Positions 24,852 to 39,264 of a stretch of DNA of 64,000 nt are shown here, in pieces; the stretch's first letter is position 1; each line of letters begins with the position of its first letter. The stretch covers positions 9,548,001 through 9,612,000 of the forward strand of contig NC_043024.1 in the NCBI RefSeq assembly GCF_006345805.1, in the 5' to 3' direction. Position numbers and translations under genes: made by a program. The stretch comes from Octopus sinensis (Eukaryota). Below the pieces are notes generated by a model. It was not told the origin of the DNA and ran no database searches. It saw nothing but the letters and a program-made list of their open reading frames with translations.

Positions 24852-25126
24852 GTTCCATTTCAACGCAGAACACCTCCATCCAGGAACGGTCGCCTACAGA
24901 GTACAAGGACCCGATGCAGGAACAGAAGAACGCTTCCCGGCAGCTGGTGTCCGACTCGGAGGCGGAAGAAGTGAGCAGCATCCTGACCAAAATCAAGTCG
25001 ATGGCGCTGAACATCAACCACGAGGAGACTAAACAGAATGAGAAACTCGACGAACTCACAGACAGCGTGAAGACGGCAACGACCAGGGTGAAGGATCAAA
25101 CCAAGCAGATTAAGAAGATGATTTAA
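24852..25126 (+). CDS. SNAP47: SNAP47-like terminal coding exon (Qc SNARE motif)
   Basis: Acceptor TTTTTACTTAG at 24851, phase-compatible with 22573; ..EVSSILTKIKSMALNINHEETKQNEKLDELTDSVKTATTRVKDQTKQIKKMI*. With one base restored the joined CDS is 415 aa. Confidence 0.93.
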
Positions 25127-26364
25127 GATTTCGGGCAATCCCCTCCTATTCGCTCTCTCCTCTCATATGCACATATATACATACATATATAAATATATAT
25201 GTATATATATATATATATATCCACATCTATATCTATATATACTAGTATGACTGGGTGAACATTCAACAATTCAACATATAAAGAGAACTCAATACCGATC
25301 ATAGTATTAGATATGGTCTTTATACAGCACATAAGACATACAATATGATACTCAAGTTTCATGACTAGGCCAGGGTTTCAATTCTGGTGGACGATAATGC
25401 TACATGTCATACATCCATGGGGTAAAAAATCAAAAAGAAAATGCATACTCCTACTGCATGTAAATCATATTGGTTTTGTCCAATGTTTGGATAGCATGTG
25501 GCATTGTCCTTCACCAGAGTTTAAACTACGGCTTGACTATGAAACTTAAGTAGCGAATTTTGTGTCATAAGTACTGTATAAGGATCATAAATATATATAT
25601 CTATATACAAACACATATATATATTTATATTTATATATATTTATATATATATATATTTATATATATGTGTGTGTGTGTATATCTATATATATACACACAC
25701 ATATATACAGACATACTGATGTACATACATACATATATACTTATATATATATGTGTGTGTATGTATATGTATGTATATATAAATTTCTCTATCTATCTGT
25801 TTTCTCTCCTAATTTATTTTTTTGTATTTTGTTTTTTTTTTTTTTTTTTTCTGTTTCCAATGGTTTCCTGGTGGAGAAAGGGTCAGTACCTATGACCTTT
25901 TGCCTAACCTCTTAGACCGGGGGTGTGTGTGGGGAGGGGATGTAAGGGGGGGAGGGACGGGCAGAAGAAAGTGGATGACGAAGCCATGCCGCTCCTCGGA
26001 TTTTCCTCGGATTTTTTTCCCTCAGACGGGGGGAGACAAACCCCCGAAAAACCAAGAGCAGAGCAGACACTGGTAAAAAAAAAAAAAAAAAAAAACAACC
26101 CCGGAGCGAGGGTTCCAGCTTATATATCAGCGGTGGTGGTCCTGGTGGTGATGTTGAAACCCTCACCACCGCCACCCACCCTCTCACTATTGCTTTGATA
26201 TTCACCTCTGAAGAGAACCTTGCAAAACAGACTGATCGCCAAGACATTTTGCTCAATATGGGATTGCCTATTGCCTTTTCTATCCGTATACGTTGCTATC
26301 TCTGTACCGTCACATGTATAACCTGTACATGTTGCTATTTAAACACTATCGTCTGTCTGTAAGT

Positions 26365-26541
26365 CGTACATGTTGCTATCTACACATTGTTGTTTGTGCA
26401 TAATCAGTATTTTGTTGCTATCTACACACTCCGATGTGTTTATAATTTACGTTTATTTCTATCTACACACTGCTGTCGTTTGTGTGGAGGTTATATATAT
26501 ATATATACACTGCTATCTCACACGCTGTCATTTGTGTCAGG

Positions 26542-26579
<38 letters not shown>

Positions 26580-26858
26580 CCAACTGCTATCTACACACAG
26601 CTGTCATTTGTGTGCAGTTATATATATATAGATATATATATAGATATATATCTATATATATATTTTTACACTGCTATCTACACACTGCTGTCATTTGTGT
26701 GGATGTTATATTATTATAATATATATATATACACTGCTATCTACACACAGCTGTCATTTGTGTGCAGGTTATATATATATTATATATATATTATATTTAC
26801 CTGCTATCTACACACTGCTGTCATTTGTGTGGATGTTATATCTATATTATATATATAG

Positions 26859-26890
<32 letters not shown>

Positions 26891-27085
26891 TATATATAGA
26901 CACTGCTATCTCCACACAGCTGTCATTTGTGTGGAGTTATATATATATATATATGAACTGCTATCTACACACAGCTGTCTGCGTAAAATCCATGTTTGTT
27001 GCTATTTATCTACTGTCATTTGTGTATAAGATTTTTCTTTTTTTTTATTGTTGCTAACTGTGTAAACCATTGCTATCTACAACAA
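26365..27085. repeat. minisatellite: ~12 copies of a ~35-bp unit (CTGCTATCTACACACAGCTGTCATTTGTGTG) separated by variable (TA)n
   Basis: Direct reading; lies 1.2-2 kb downstream of the SNAP47 stop. Confidence 0.9.
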
Positions 27086-28289
27086 TGTGTAAAGGTTTAT
27101 ATTTATTTAAGTTTGTGTGTTTGTTTTTGATTTTATTTATTTTGTCAGTTTTTTTTTTTCATATTTATTTTACGAAAACTATCGTTAACGCTAAAAACTA
27201 CAAAAAATTTATATGTGTGATGAAAAAGGAATCTATATACATACAGACATATACTCACATAAATGCTCACACACACACACATACACATACATGAATATAT
27301 AAATGATAAACATACTCAGCCAAGTGCAAAACTCAGAGTACACTGTCATTTCTTAATATGATAAACATATCTATCTACTCTACTCTACTTTACTCTGTGT
27401 GTTGAGTCTATATCGGTTAACGTTTGTGTTGTTTGACATATATATATATAGATATATATATATATAATTATATATATATATATATATATAGTGTATATAT
27501 GTATGTGTGTATATATGTATATGCGTATATATATGTATATATATAGTGTATATATGTATGTGTGTATATATATGAATATGCATATATATATATATGTATA
27601 TATATAGTGTATATATGTATGTGTGTATATATATATATGTGTATATATTTATAATCCATGCTAGCATGGAAAGCGGATGCTAAATGATGATGATGATGAT
27701 ATATGTCTGTATGTGTGTATATACATACATATATATATATATGTATGTGTGTATATACACACACACACATATACACATATATTCTTCATACTTGTCACAT
27801 TATTACATCCTGACTCTTATAGTTTATAAGTGTTTACAAAGCAAAGTACCCTAGTATAAACCTTGTCCTAACTAATCCCTAATCAACCCCCTACCAGAAA
27901 ACAATAAAGGTTAAAATAAGCACCAGTTTAAGCATAAGTAGAACAAATCAAATAGGAGAGCAATAATGAGTAAAATCACTCAAGAAAGAACAAAATATAT
28001 ATTTAGCATAAACATGGTGCTTCCCTCGTCAGCTGCCAGTCATATATCTATGTGGTTTTGACACCTTAAAACAGTTTCACTACTTCTATTGGTGTCAAGA
28101 ATACAAGTCACAAATGTATGAATTTAAGGTGCTGACATATAATTAAAATATATGTATAAATAATTAGTAGTAAATGGAAAATTAAAATATGAATATGCCT
28201 TGATTAAGAAAACAGGTGATGTATATGTATATTTTACACTTACATAAGAATATATGAAATATTTACCATGAGAGAGTGTGTGTATGTTT

Positions 28290-28925
28290 CTACATATGGC
28301 AAGAATGAAGGAAGTTTTGAAGGATGGCTGCCCATCTTACTCTACAGTGAAAATTTGGGTATCAAGGTTTTGGATTGGTCATTTCAAGGTCACAGATGAA
28401 CCCCTAGTTTGGACAGTCAATTGCCATGACCATGGAGGACAGAGTCAATGCTGTGCACACCATGATTCTCAAGGACTGTCAGATTTCAGCTTAAGTCATA
28501 GCTGAGACTCTGGGTGCTACCCCCTAAAGAGTTGGCCTCATCATCCATAACATTCTGAGCATAAGAAAGCTGTCCTCAAAATGGGTGCCAAAATGCCTGG
28601 ATGCAGATCAGAAGTGCATCAGGGTGACAGCATCATGGCAATTTTGGACTGCTTTGCTGTAGGAAAAGCTGATTTTATGGCTCGTTTAGTTACCATGAAT
28701 GAAACTTAGCTTCATCTTCATGATCCCTAGACCAAGCAGCAATCAGTGGAGTGGGGCCACAGTGGTTCACCACATACCACATCCCAAGAAGCTTCAGACC
28801 CACAAGTCAGCTGGAAAGATTCTAGCTTCAGTGTTCTGGGAGAAAGACAGAGTACTCCTCACAAAATACCTGCCAAAGGGTCACACCATCAACGCAGAAT
28901 ATGACATGTCTCTCTATTGGACGAA
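28290..28925 (+). pseudogene. mariner-family (DD34D) transposase remnant
   Basis: PSYSTVKIWVSRF (HTH), RKLSSKWVPKCL (WVP linker), LVTMNET* (decayed first D), KSAGKILASVFWEKDRVLLTKYLPKGHTINAEY; frameshifts and stops; truncated by (TA)n. Confidence 0.88.
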
Positions 28926-28930
28926 CTGCG

Positions 28931-29006
<76 letters not shown>

Positions 29007-29007
29007 C

Positions 29008-29039
<32 letters not shown>

Positions 29040-30439
29040 GTTATGAGGATTATAACATTCAAACATTGACAGAAAGGATTCAATACTTAAGTGTAGAGTA
29101 TATAAAATTTACATTTTGCCTAAAGGTTGACAGTGACTTCAAAGTAACACCTGAAAATAGCTTTGTTGATCTGTTCTAAAGAGTAGGATTACTCGTGGTT
29201 TTTTTCTTCTTTTTTTTTTTACATTTCAAATCCTAAACTGTGAGACACACTTGGAGAGTATTACATTCATTGAGTGTAATATGTATGTATATATATATAT
29301 GTGTATGTGTGTGTATAGGTATGTATATCAATACATATATGTCTGTACTGTCTATTGTTTAATAGTAAAACTACTGATACTAAATGTGTGTGTGTCTATG
29401 TATGTATATATATGTATGTATGTGTGTGTATATGTAAATATAAGTATGTATATATGTAAACATATATGTATGTATGTATATATGTATGTGTATGTATGTA
29501 TCTATATATATATAAGTATATATATATGTGTATGTATATGTATATTTATGTACATATATATATGTATATGTATGTAAATATGTGTGTATAAATATATATA
29601 TATATGTCTATATATATATTTTAATGCATATGTATACACACGTATATATATAGATATACATACATGTGTATGTATATTAATATATACATGCAAATGTACT
29701 TATATTTATATATGTCTATTTTTATGTGCCTGTTTCTATCTCTCTAACTATCTATCTATCTATATATATATATATACACACACAATATACATCATATATA
29801 TATACATATATACACTCACACACACGCAATATATATATACACACACACACACAATATATATATCATATATATACATACATACACTCACACACACACACAA
29901 TATATATATATTATATATACACACACACACACACATATATACGTTATTTTTCTAAACCCTTTTCCTATTGTCAGTGCCAATACATGTTCGAGATGTTGTT
30001 TTTGTTTCCAAAATATGAAAAAAGAAAGAAAAAAAGGAAAGAAAGAAAAAAACAAAGAATGTACAAAAAAATCTTCAAAAATAATGCAAAAAAAATATGA
30101 TATTACCAATGCAAATATATTAAATGCTGTATTAATTTAACAGATATTGTATACACTCTACTATTTATATTTCTCTCTCTCTCTATATATATATATACCC
30201 AATAAGGCTGTGCTGTATATAGTTCTGTTTGAGCCATTCCCTCTTTGATGTTGTTAACCGTTTTCCCCCTTGACCCCTCCTGCTATTTTCACTATAAATT
30301 CCTCAATTCCTCCTCTTGACCCCTGGCTAATTGCTAGATGCTTTATCAGATGATGTGTCTGCATGTATGTGTGTGCATATATGTATATATATATGTATAT
30401 ATATATGTATGTATGTGTGTGAGTATGTATAGAAGAAAG

Positions 30440-30680
30440 GAAGAGGTGTTATTCTTGGGTGAGAGTAGACTGTCGAAATATAATTATTGAAATGAGAACT
30501 TAATTTTTTGGTGACGCTAAGTTTCACATCACCGATCTTCCAACAAAGTTTGGGGGAACGATACAGAAAACTGTTCTTAAAATAATTAGATGAACGACAT
30601 TTCTGTTTGGTTTTCCCAAGTATTGTTTGTTGATCAGAGATATGAACCTTAGGTGTCATGAAATTTGGAGTCAGAGTTTT
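30440..30680 (-). mobile_element. possible LINE ORF2 C-terminal remnant
   Basis: NYFKNSFLYRSPKLCWKI resembles the F.NSF..R....WN motif at CR1/L2-type C-termini; short and decayed. Confidence 0.3.
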
Positions 30681-30686
30681 AGTAGC

Positions 30687-30735
<49 letters not shown>

Positions 30736-30963
30736 TATATATATTTATATATATATATATATATAGTTATACATATATATATATATATATATATATAGTT
30801 GTACATATATTATAGATAGATAGATATACATATATATACTATATATAATTGCATATATATATTTATATATCTATACCTATGTCTATCTATCTATCTATCT
30901 ATATATATATATATATAGATTGCATATATATAAATATATATTTTCATACATGTATACATATAT

Positions 30964-31011
<48 letters not shown>

Positions 31012-31554
31012 ATGTACATACATACACACACACAATATATATATATACATATATATTTGTATATGTGTGTGTATATGCAGAGAGAACAGTTTTTCTTTTA
31101 AATACGTTATATTAAAGATATGCCTAAACATTAATTACTAACAAAGAAATATTGAAAAGATCTTTACCAATGACGATTATCTATATTGTATCTACAATAT
31201 AATATACATACATACCTATATATACGTGTGCATACATAGATGTATATATATGATTAATATACACACACACACACGCTATACACTATTATGTTTTGTATTT
31301 CTCTTCTTGCATTCATTCTAAACATCGAACTTTCTTTTTGGTCAATTATATACACCCGTTCTATTTTTAATTATTTCTTCATAATGTTCGTAGATTCGTT
31401 AATCCAAAAGTGGGAGAATTATATCACTTCAGACAACATAAGTTGGGGTCGGTCAGTCAGTCAGTCAGTCGGTCAGAATTCCTCTGGTCCTAGAAAGAAG
31501 GGCCACGCTTATCACCTCTTTATTTATGCACGGGGGTGTCTAAGACTTGAGGTC

Positions 31555-31999
31555 GGGACCCCAGCAGACATAATCGAAGGGTCGTTGCTGTAAGAGGAAA
31601 CACATGAAGACGTTGAGATTAGGGGTTTGCTTCAGATGCTTGCTATAAAGTGAACCCTACTAAAGGGACCCTAGCAGATATAATCGAAGGGTCGTTGCTG
31701 TAAGGGGAAACACATGAAGACGTTGAGATTAGGGGTTTGCTTCAGATGCTTGCTATAAAGTGAACCCTACTAAAGGGACCCTAGCAGATATAATCGAAGG
31801 GTCGTTGCTGTAAGGGGAAACACATGAAGACGTTGAGATTAGGGGTTTGCTTCAGATGCTTGCTATAAAGTGAACCCTACTAAAGGGACCCTAGCAGATA
31901 TAATCGAAGGGTCGTTGCTGTAAGGGGAAACGCATGAAGACATTGAGATTAGGGGTTTGCTTCAGATGCTTGCTATAAAGTGAACCCTACTAAAGGGAC
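31555..31999. repeat. tandem repeat, 110-bp unit x4
   Basis: GGGAC(C/G) starts at 31555, 31665, 31775, 31885, 31995; copies nearly identical. Confidence 0.95.
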
Positions 32000-33426
32000 G
32001 CAGGGGACTTGTTATGGATATGTTAAACTGGGTGGTCATTTTTATGTCTTCCATCCTTGTTCTAGCATTCTTCCCCAGCTGAGCCAATTTTTAAACCCCT
32101 GAAATGAAATATTTATTGTAACCCCAAAAATAAAATATCTATTGTAATCCCTAAAACAAAATATTTATCATTAAGGGCACAAGTGCCTCTTGTTGCTGTG
32201 TGTGTGTGTATGGCTGGAGTTGAACCCCTCTTTTAGAGAAGTGCTCATCTCATGTAGTCCCTTTATTATACCCTCCCTTCCACCACCACATCCTAAAGTG
32301 GACCCTGATCTAAAGGAATGACTAAAGCGTGATTGTTTGGCAATAAAGGATAAAATCCCTAACAAAAATTGAACCTTTTTTTAGAAGGGCTTAACATCTT
32401 TATTACAGGCAATAACATCAGCCCTACTGCTGTTGGTTTATATTATACACAGAACACACCTTTCCCCCTGATTGTTTTATATTTTGGCAGTAAAATTAAC
32501 CCCTATTTTTACCCTATGACCCCTTCCCTGTCATGTCTACACTAACAGAAAGTCTGAAATGGAGCCAAAAACTATAATTTGCCAGATCTGGTGTCACAAA
32601 AAAAATTTAATTAAAAAATAATGAAAGTACCCAGTCTTTCATAAAGCATCTGCTAAGAATAGATAAATATTGGTTTAGCTCAGCACCACCCATGCCCTAC
32701 ACTGCATAATCTCAATTCAGTAGAACCACGCAAAAGAAAAGCTTCTACACAACACCAAATAGCTGTCCAAGAATTTGGACCTGGAGATCTCCATTTCCAG
32801 CGACTTCGAGGGCCACCTCCCAGTGGTGTCGGGCGTCAATGAAGACCCCTCGACTACAACAAGACGACCAAAGTTGTTTTTTTTCCAAGGTCTGGGGTCT
32901 CCCGCCCCTAAGCCCTAGACCATCACCTAATCACCCTTTCCTTTCTTGTTGCTTAACAACAACAACAACACCAAATAGTAAACAGTGTGTATACAACATA
33001 ACACACAGTACAGTTTCCATACAACAAACACACTACACAGACACGGGCCATTTGATCTGTAACACAATCCTTTAAATAAACACACCTGAATGAAGTACAA
33101 TCATTTTTACACCTATATATACACCAACCCACCCCTCATATTCTACACCACCTGTATAACATACACTATAACATACGTCTCACACCACACTTAAAAGCAT
33201 AGGGTTACTCTTTTACTTGTTTCAGTCATTTGACTATGGCCATGCTGGTGCACTGCCTCTAGTTGAGCAACTTGACCCCGGGACTTATTCTTTGTAAGCC
33301 CAGTACTTATTCTATCGGTCTGTTTTGCCGAACCGCTAAGTTACAGGGATGTAAACACACCAGCATCGGTTGTCAAGCAATGCTAAGGGGACAAACACAG
33401 ACATATAAACATACACACACACACTC

Positions 33427-33469
<43 letters not shown>

Positions 33470-34299
33470 TACGACGGGCTTCTTTCAGTTTCCGTCTACC
33501 AAATCGACTCCCAAGGCTTTGGTCGGCCCAAAGCTATAGTAGAAGACACTTGCCCAAGGTGCCACGCAGTGGGACTGAACCCGGAACCATGTGGTTGGTT
33601 AGCAAGCTACTTACCACACAGCCTCTCCTACACATGCATATTATATATTTATAGATGTATATATGTGTGTGTGTATATATATAACATATATATTGTTGTC
33701 CAATCTACAGCCAAATGGGGTAGACATGGGATATTCTACTTCATTTTTATATCTGGGTTGCAATATTCTTTATGTGAATTTGTGTGTTGACTCTCCCTAG
33801 ACACAACAAAAAATGGAATACTCTAAAACAGAAAATTCCAGGCTTCTGTATTAACCTATTAGCATTTAAACTGGCCATATCTGACCCATATATTCTACCT
33901 GTTCTTCTGTCAAAACTGGCCAGATTTAGCCTCTTGCACATACCCTACAATGTCATTCTAAGAATAAACAATCACATCATTGAAATTTCAAAGATACAAG
34001 GTAATACAGGATTAATTCAGAACAATTTTATATGCCAGTGGCACATAAAAGCCCCTGTGCTAGTGGATTGTAAAAAGCACCCATTATGTTCTTGGAGTGG
34101 TTTGCACTAGGAAGGGCATCCAGCTGTAGAAACTGTGCCAAATCAGACTGGAACTTAGTGCTGCTTTCTGTTTTCTCAGTTCCAGCTAAACTGTCTAACC
34201 CATGCCAGCATGGGAAGCAGACACTGAATGATGATGATGAATAAATAAGCATTATTGTTGATAAAGGAATCTGAATGCTAAAGGATTAACCCTTTTGTT

Positions 34300-34600
34300 A
34301 CCATAAAGAGCCAACATAAAGGGACATACAACAATTATAGACTTTGGGATCTGTTTTTCTTATTACCCATAAAGGGCCAACATAGAGGGACATTACATTG
34401 GGGACATACAACAATTATAGACTTTGGGATCTGTTTTTTTTTTACTACCCATAAAGGGCCAACATAGAGGGACATACAACAATTATAGACTTTGGGATCT
34501 GTTTTTTTTTACTACCCATAAGGGGCCAACATAGAGGGACATACAACAATTATAGACTTTGGGATCTGTTTTTTTTACTACCCATAAAGGGCCAACACAG
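34300..34600. repeat. tandem repeat, ~67-bp unit x4
   Basis: GGGACATACAACAATTATAGACTTTGGGATCTG(T)nACTACCCATAAAGGGCCAACATAGA repeated. Confidence 0.9.
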
Positions 34601-35824
34601 GGGATCCTTGTGCCATGGAATTTATTTAAAAGAGTTTCCCTTCGAGTAAAAAGGTAGGGACACCCTGCCCTATATTGACAGGTATTTTCAGCCAACCCCT
34701 CCCTCCCAATTCCATTCTATCCCTCCCCCCTCTCTGATTACAAAATTGTTCCTGTAATCTAAATGTTTTTCAATAATGATGATGATAATAATAATAATAA
34801 TTGATTTTTCTGCCACCTCTGCCCACACTTCTCTCCCCCACTACACCATACCATTGTGTCTTGTCTAGTTTCATCCATCGAACCCTCCCCCCTTCCCTTA
34901 CCCCCCGTCTCCCTCTCCTCCCCCCTCTCTCTACCTCTTTACTACTTATTCTGCCGTTTTTATTGCTCAATTATATTGATGATGATGATGATTAGGATGA
35001 TGCTGATGAGAATGATGTTGTTATTGATGATGCTGGTTCCCTTCTCCTCACCAATCCCTTCGCAATACATATTTCAATCAGAAAATGACAAACAAACATT
35101 TAAAAAAAAAAAAATTAAGAAAGAAACAAACAATAAATTCAGAAACAAAAATAAACAATCAATATGAAAAAAAAGAAGAAAAAAAAAACAGACAAAAAAA
35201 AATAGTAAATAAGATTTGTTTGAGATGCCTTGCAATGGGATTGAACCTTGGACCTTACGATTGCAAAATGAACCTGTTAACCATTCAACCATGGTGAGTC
35301 CACTGTGACCCTTTTTCATTACCATATTCCTGTTGAAATACACTTTGCAAAAATAATGAAGAATTTAGGAGAACAACTTTGTCGTTATTAAAATGATGTT
35401 TGGAATCATCGTTTAGCGTCCGCTTTCCATGCTATCATGGGTTGGACGGTTCAACGGGGGTCTGGGAAGCCAGAAGGCTGCACCAGGCCCAGTCTGATCT
35501 GGCAATGTTTCTACGGCTGGATGCCCTTCCTAATGCCAACCACTCCGTGAGTGTAGTGGGTGCTTTTACATGCCAAGGCACAGGTGCCAGGGGAGTCTGG
35601 CAAACGGCCACAATCGGATGGTGCTTTTTACAGGGGCCAGGCGAGGCTGGCAACGGAATGGAAATTAAAATGAAATTCAGGTGGATGGTTTTAATATCGA
35701 TGAGTTTGAAATAGGAATTTGTATCATAGAACCGGAAATGGTCTTTGGTGGGTTGGTATCAAAAGGATTAGGAGAGATATGTTGGAAGGATCTGGAAATT
35801 CAGTCGTGTATCTAGGATATTTCT

Positions 35825-36388
35825 TAGAAAATTACTATTTTTAAATCTCACAACGAGAGATATTCAGCAACCGTACTTTGGAATAAAGATTGTTTGCCAA
35901 TATACCATGGCAGTCCTGGTTTAGGAGGAATATTGCTGTAATTTAGCCCCAGGAGACATCGTGTCCAGCTGGCTATACGATACGATCTGTGTCCTTATAT
36001 TTTTGAACAAGGGAATCTGGCACCCCCACTCAGCTCAAAACAATATCTGTGTATCGTGATTCCTGGGTTATTTCCCTTCATCAGCACAGAATAACTGCTC
36101 GGCTAGAGGTGGTGCTGCCAAATTCCCTGTTCGAAATATATAGTTTTCAAAGTGACAACTAGTCACTGATTTATAAATTAGAAAATTACTATTTTTAAAT
36201 CTCAAGAGAGATATTCAGCAACCGTACTTTGGAGTAAAGATTGTTTGCCAACATAACATGACAGTCCTGGTTTAGGACGAATATTGCTATAATTTAGCAC
36301 CAGGAGACATCATATCCAGTTGGTTATACCACACGATCTGTGTCAAAAATATAAGGACACAGATCGTGCTGTATAGCCAGCTGGAGAC
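35825..36388. mobile_element. Penelope-like terminal structure: two ~170-bp direct repeats around a hammerhead-like core, plus a short inverted tail
   Basis: Repeats about 35825-35993 and 36179-36343; 36350-36388 is the reverse complement of the repeat end; hammerhead-like motif at 36046-36090 lies between them. No RT or GIY-YIG ORF seen. Confidence 0.5.
36046..36090 (-). ncRNA. degenerate minimal hammerhead ribozyme
   Basis: Minus strand TCTGTG CTGATGA AGGG-AAATAA-CCCA GGAA T-CACG-A T A CACAGA: 6-bp stem I and CUGAUGA intact; GAAA mutated to GGAA; A-A at the base of stem II. Confidence 0.55.
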
Positions 36389-36417
36389 GGTATTAGTATC
36401 ATAGAATTGGAAGTGGT

Positions 36418-36518
36418 CTTATTATTATTATTATTATTATTATTCAGGTCACTGCCTGGAATCGAACTTGGAATCTTGGGGTCAGTAGTCCACACCCTTA
36501 ACCACTACACCATATGGC
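36418..36518 (-). mobile_element. short tRNA-derived SINE or tRNA pseudogene with (AAT)n tail
   Basis: TGGTGTAGTGGTTAAG A box, GTTCGATTCC B box, directly followed by (AAT)n. Confidence 0.7.
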
Positions 36519-38704
36519 GCAGGATATTCCTGTTCAAATACACCATCATTGTTTCAAATCCTGGTATAATATCAATTTTTTGAAACCCTTGGTTCTAGAG
36601 TCTTTCCTGATTTCTGAATCAGGGGTGGTTGCCTCTAAATTAAACAAATACTAAATTTACTTAAATAATTAATTGAAACTCAAGTATCTGTTCGTTAGTG
36701 CAAACTAATGTGGATTACAAGAGGTTCGAGACCATTAGCTTCCAGAAAATCAGTATTCTAACAGAATTTTGAAATTAATGAAGAATTTATTAAAATAACG
36801 TTGTCATTATTAAGCTGGTATTTAGAAGGTATTAAGGCGGCGAGCTGGCAGAAACGTTAGCACGCCAGACGAAATGCTTAGTGGTATTTCGTCTGCCGTT
36901 ATGTTCTGAATTCAAATTCCGCCGAGGTCGACTTTGCCTTTCATCCTTTCGGGGTCGATTAAATAAGTACCAGTTATGCACTGGAGTCGATGTAATCGAC
37001 TTAATCCGTCTGTCTGTCCTTGTTTGTCTCCTCTGTGTTTAGCCCCTTGTGGGTAATAAAGAAATAGGTATTTCATATGCGGCTACATTCTGAGTTCAAA
37101 TTCTGCCTAGGTCGACTTTGCCTTTCATCCTTTCGGGGTCGATAAATTAAGTACCAGTTACGCACTGGGGTCGATGTAATCGACTTAATCCGTTTGTCTG
37201 TCCTTGTTTGTCCCCTCTGTGGGTAGTAAAGAAATAGGTATTTAGAAGGTATATTAACACAAAATTTTGATGGAATAATTTTAGTTTAAAAAACTTTAAA
37301 ACAAGAGGTTTGTATCATAGAAACTGGGGATGGACTCTGATTAGTTTGTGATAAGAGTTAAGGCCCACTTGATGGAAAGATCTAGAAGAAGTTAAATCAT
37401 ATGATTAGGATATTTCTGCTGAAATACACTACTATCGTTCCAGTTTTGAAAATAAACGGTTTAGCAAACTATCTTTGTAATTATTCAGCTGATGTTTAGA
37501 AGATATATTAAGACAAAATTTTGATGGAAAGAATTATAGATCAGTTTAAAACAGGAGGCTTATATCATAAATGTTAGAGCAGTTTCAGATGGATTGATAT
37601 GAAAAGGGTTAAAGAGCATAGTTAAAGCGCTGTGGTTACCCCAAGCAGTCACCAATCTTGACCAACATCAGTGACCAGAGTTTCCACAGTGGAAAACATA
37701 AAAGCGTCTGTGGAAATTGCGAAAGGCACCCGTTACACTCTTGGCGTGGTTGGTGTTAGGAAGAGCATCCAGCCGTAGAAATCAAACCAAAATCAGATTG
37801 GACCCTGGTGCAGTTCTCCGGCTTACCAATTCCAACCAAACTGTCTGACCCATGCCAGCATGGAAAGCAAACGCTAAATGATGATGACCTGGCTACAAGA
37901 TGCTGCTCACATCTTTATTTAGTGAACAGGAGGTCAGTGGATCAAATAGCTGTAAACTCATCTTTAAAGTCCATGGATATTTATCAACTACTAAATATTA
38001 TACAAACACACCACTATGCTGATAAAATATATATATATACATATATAAATAAATAAATGAATGGAGTTGAACGAAGATGTTAACAAAATTCCTTTACTCT
38101 CGACATATGTTTTGAAGACAACATGGTTTTATTCCAAAGGAATAAATGGTGCAAGATGCAATCTTCTCATCAGATTATATATATATATACACACACACAC
38201 ACACATATATATATATACATATACACACACACCAATTTGCTGACATACATATACATATATGTATACACACACACACACAATATGCTGATATATATATATA
38301 CACTAACACATGGGTGTTGGGTTGGTGTAATCGGTAGAGCATCAGATAACAACGTCTTGCAGTATTTAGTTCCGATCCTTTAGATTTTTGAGTTCAAATC
38401 CCATCAAGGTCAACTTTGCCTTTCAAATAAAGTACCAGTGATCTACTGGGGTCGATGCTATCGACTGCACTCCCCCCCACCTCCCTATATATTTATGGCC
38501 TTCTACCTATGCTACAAACAATTATAATATGTTGATATTATTATATATTTCACTTAAATGTCCTTTTTTTTTTTTTAATTTCAATTATTTTTTCCATGTT
38601 GTATAATTGATTCTGTGAATAAAAACCAAAACTCACTTCACTCACATCTGATATTCTCAACATTATTATTATTATTATTATCATTATTATTATTATAACT
38701 ATTA

Positions 38705-38738
<34 letters not shown>

Positions 38739-38774
38739 AATCAAAACAAATCAAAATAGATGAACATCAATGGA

Positions 38775-39240
38775 ATTTGTATCTCTGTGGTACCAGTGCC
38801 GGTGGCACACAAGAAAACCATCCGAACGTGGCCGTAGCCAGTACCGCATTGACTGGCCTCCGTGCTGTGGGCACGTAACAAACACCATTCGATCGTGGCC
38901 GTTCGCCAGCCTCATCTGGCACCTGTGTCGGTGGCACATACAAACACCATCCGAGCGTGGCCGTCTGCCAGCCTTGTCTGGCACCTGTGTCGGTGGCACA
39001 TAAAAAACACCATCCAAGCGTGGTCGTTCGCCAGCCTCGTCTGGCACCTGTGTCGGTGGCACATAAAATCACCCACTACACTCTCGGAGTGGTTGGCGTT
39101 AGGAAGGGCATCCAGCTGTAGAAACACTGCCAGATCTGACTGGCCTGGTGCAGCCTTCGGGCTTCCCAGACCCCAGTTGAACCGTCCAACCCATGCTAGC
39201 ATGGAAAGCGGACGTTAAATGATGATGATGATGATGATGA
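38775..39240 (+). mobile_element. RTE-tail repeat (family D) with ~57-bp minisatellite body
   Basis: Tandem GGCACCTGTGTCGGTGGCACATAAAAACACCATCC..GCCAGCCT units, then GGAAGGGCATCCAGCTGTAGAAA..CATGCTAGCATGGAAAGCGGACGTTAAA(TGA)n. Further copies about 23975-24170, 35400-35660, 41000-41370, 47270-47780, 48085-48360, 51715-52030, 58040-58480, 58555-58720, 60820-61090, 63640-64000. Confidence 0.85.
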
Positions 39241-39264
39241 TTATTATTATTATTATTATTATTT

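Noticed and set aside
28005-28045. CTGACGA-GGG..CC on the minus strand
   Set aside because: No GAAA or cleavage strand follows; at most a heavily decayed relic.
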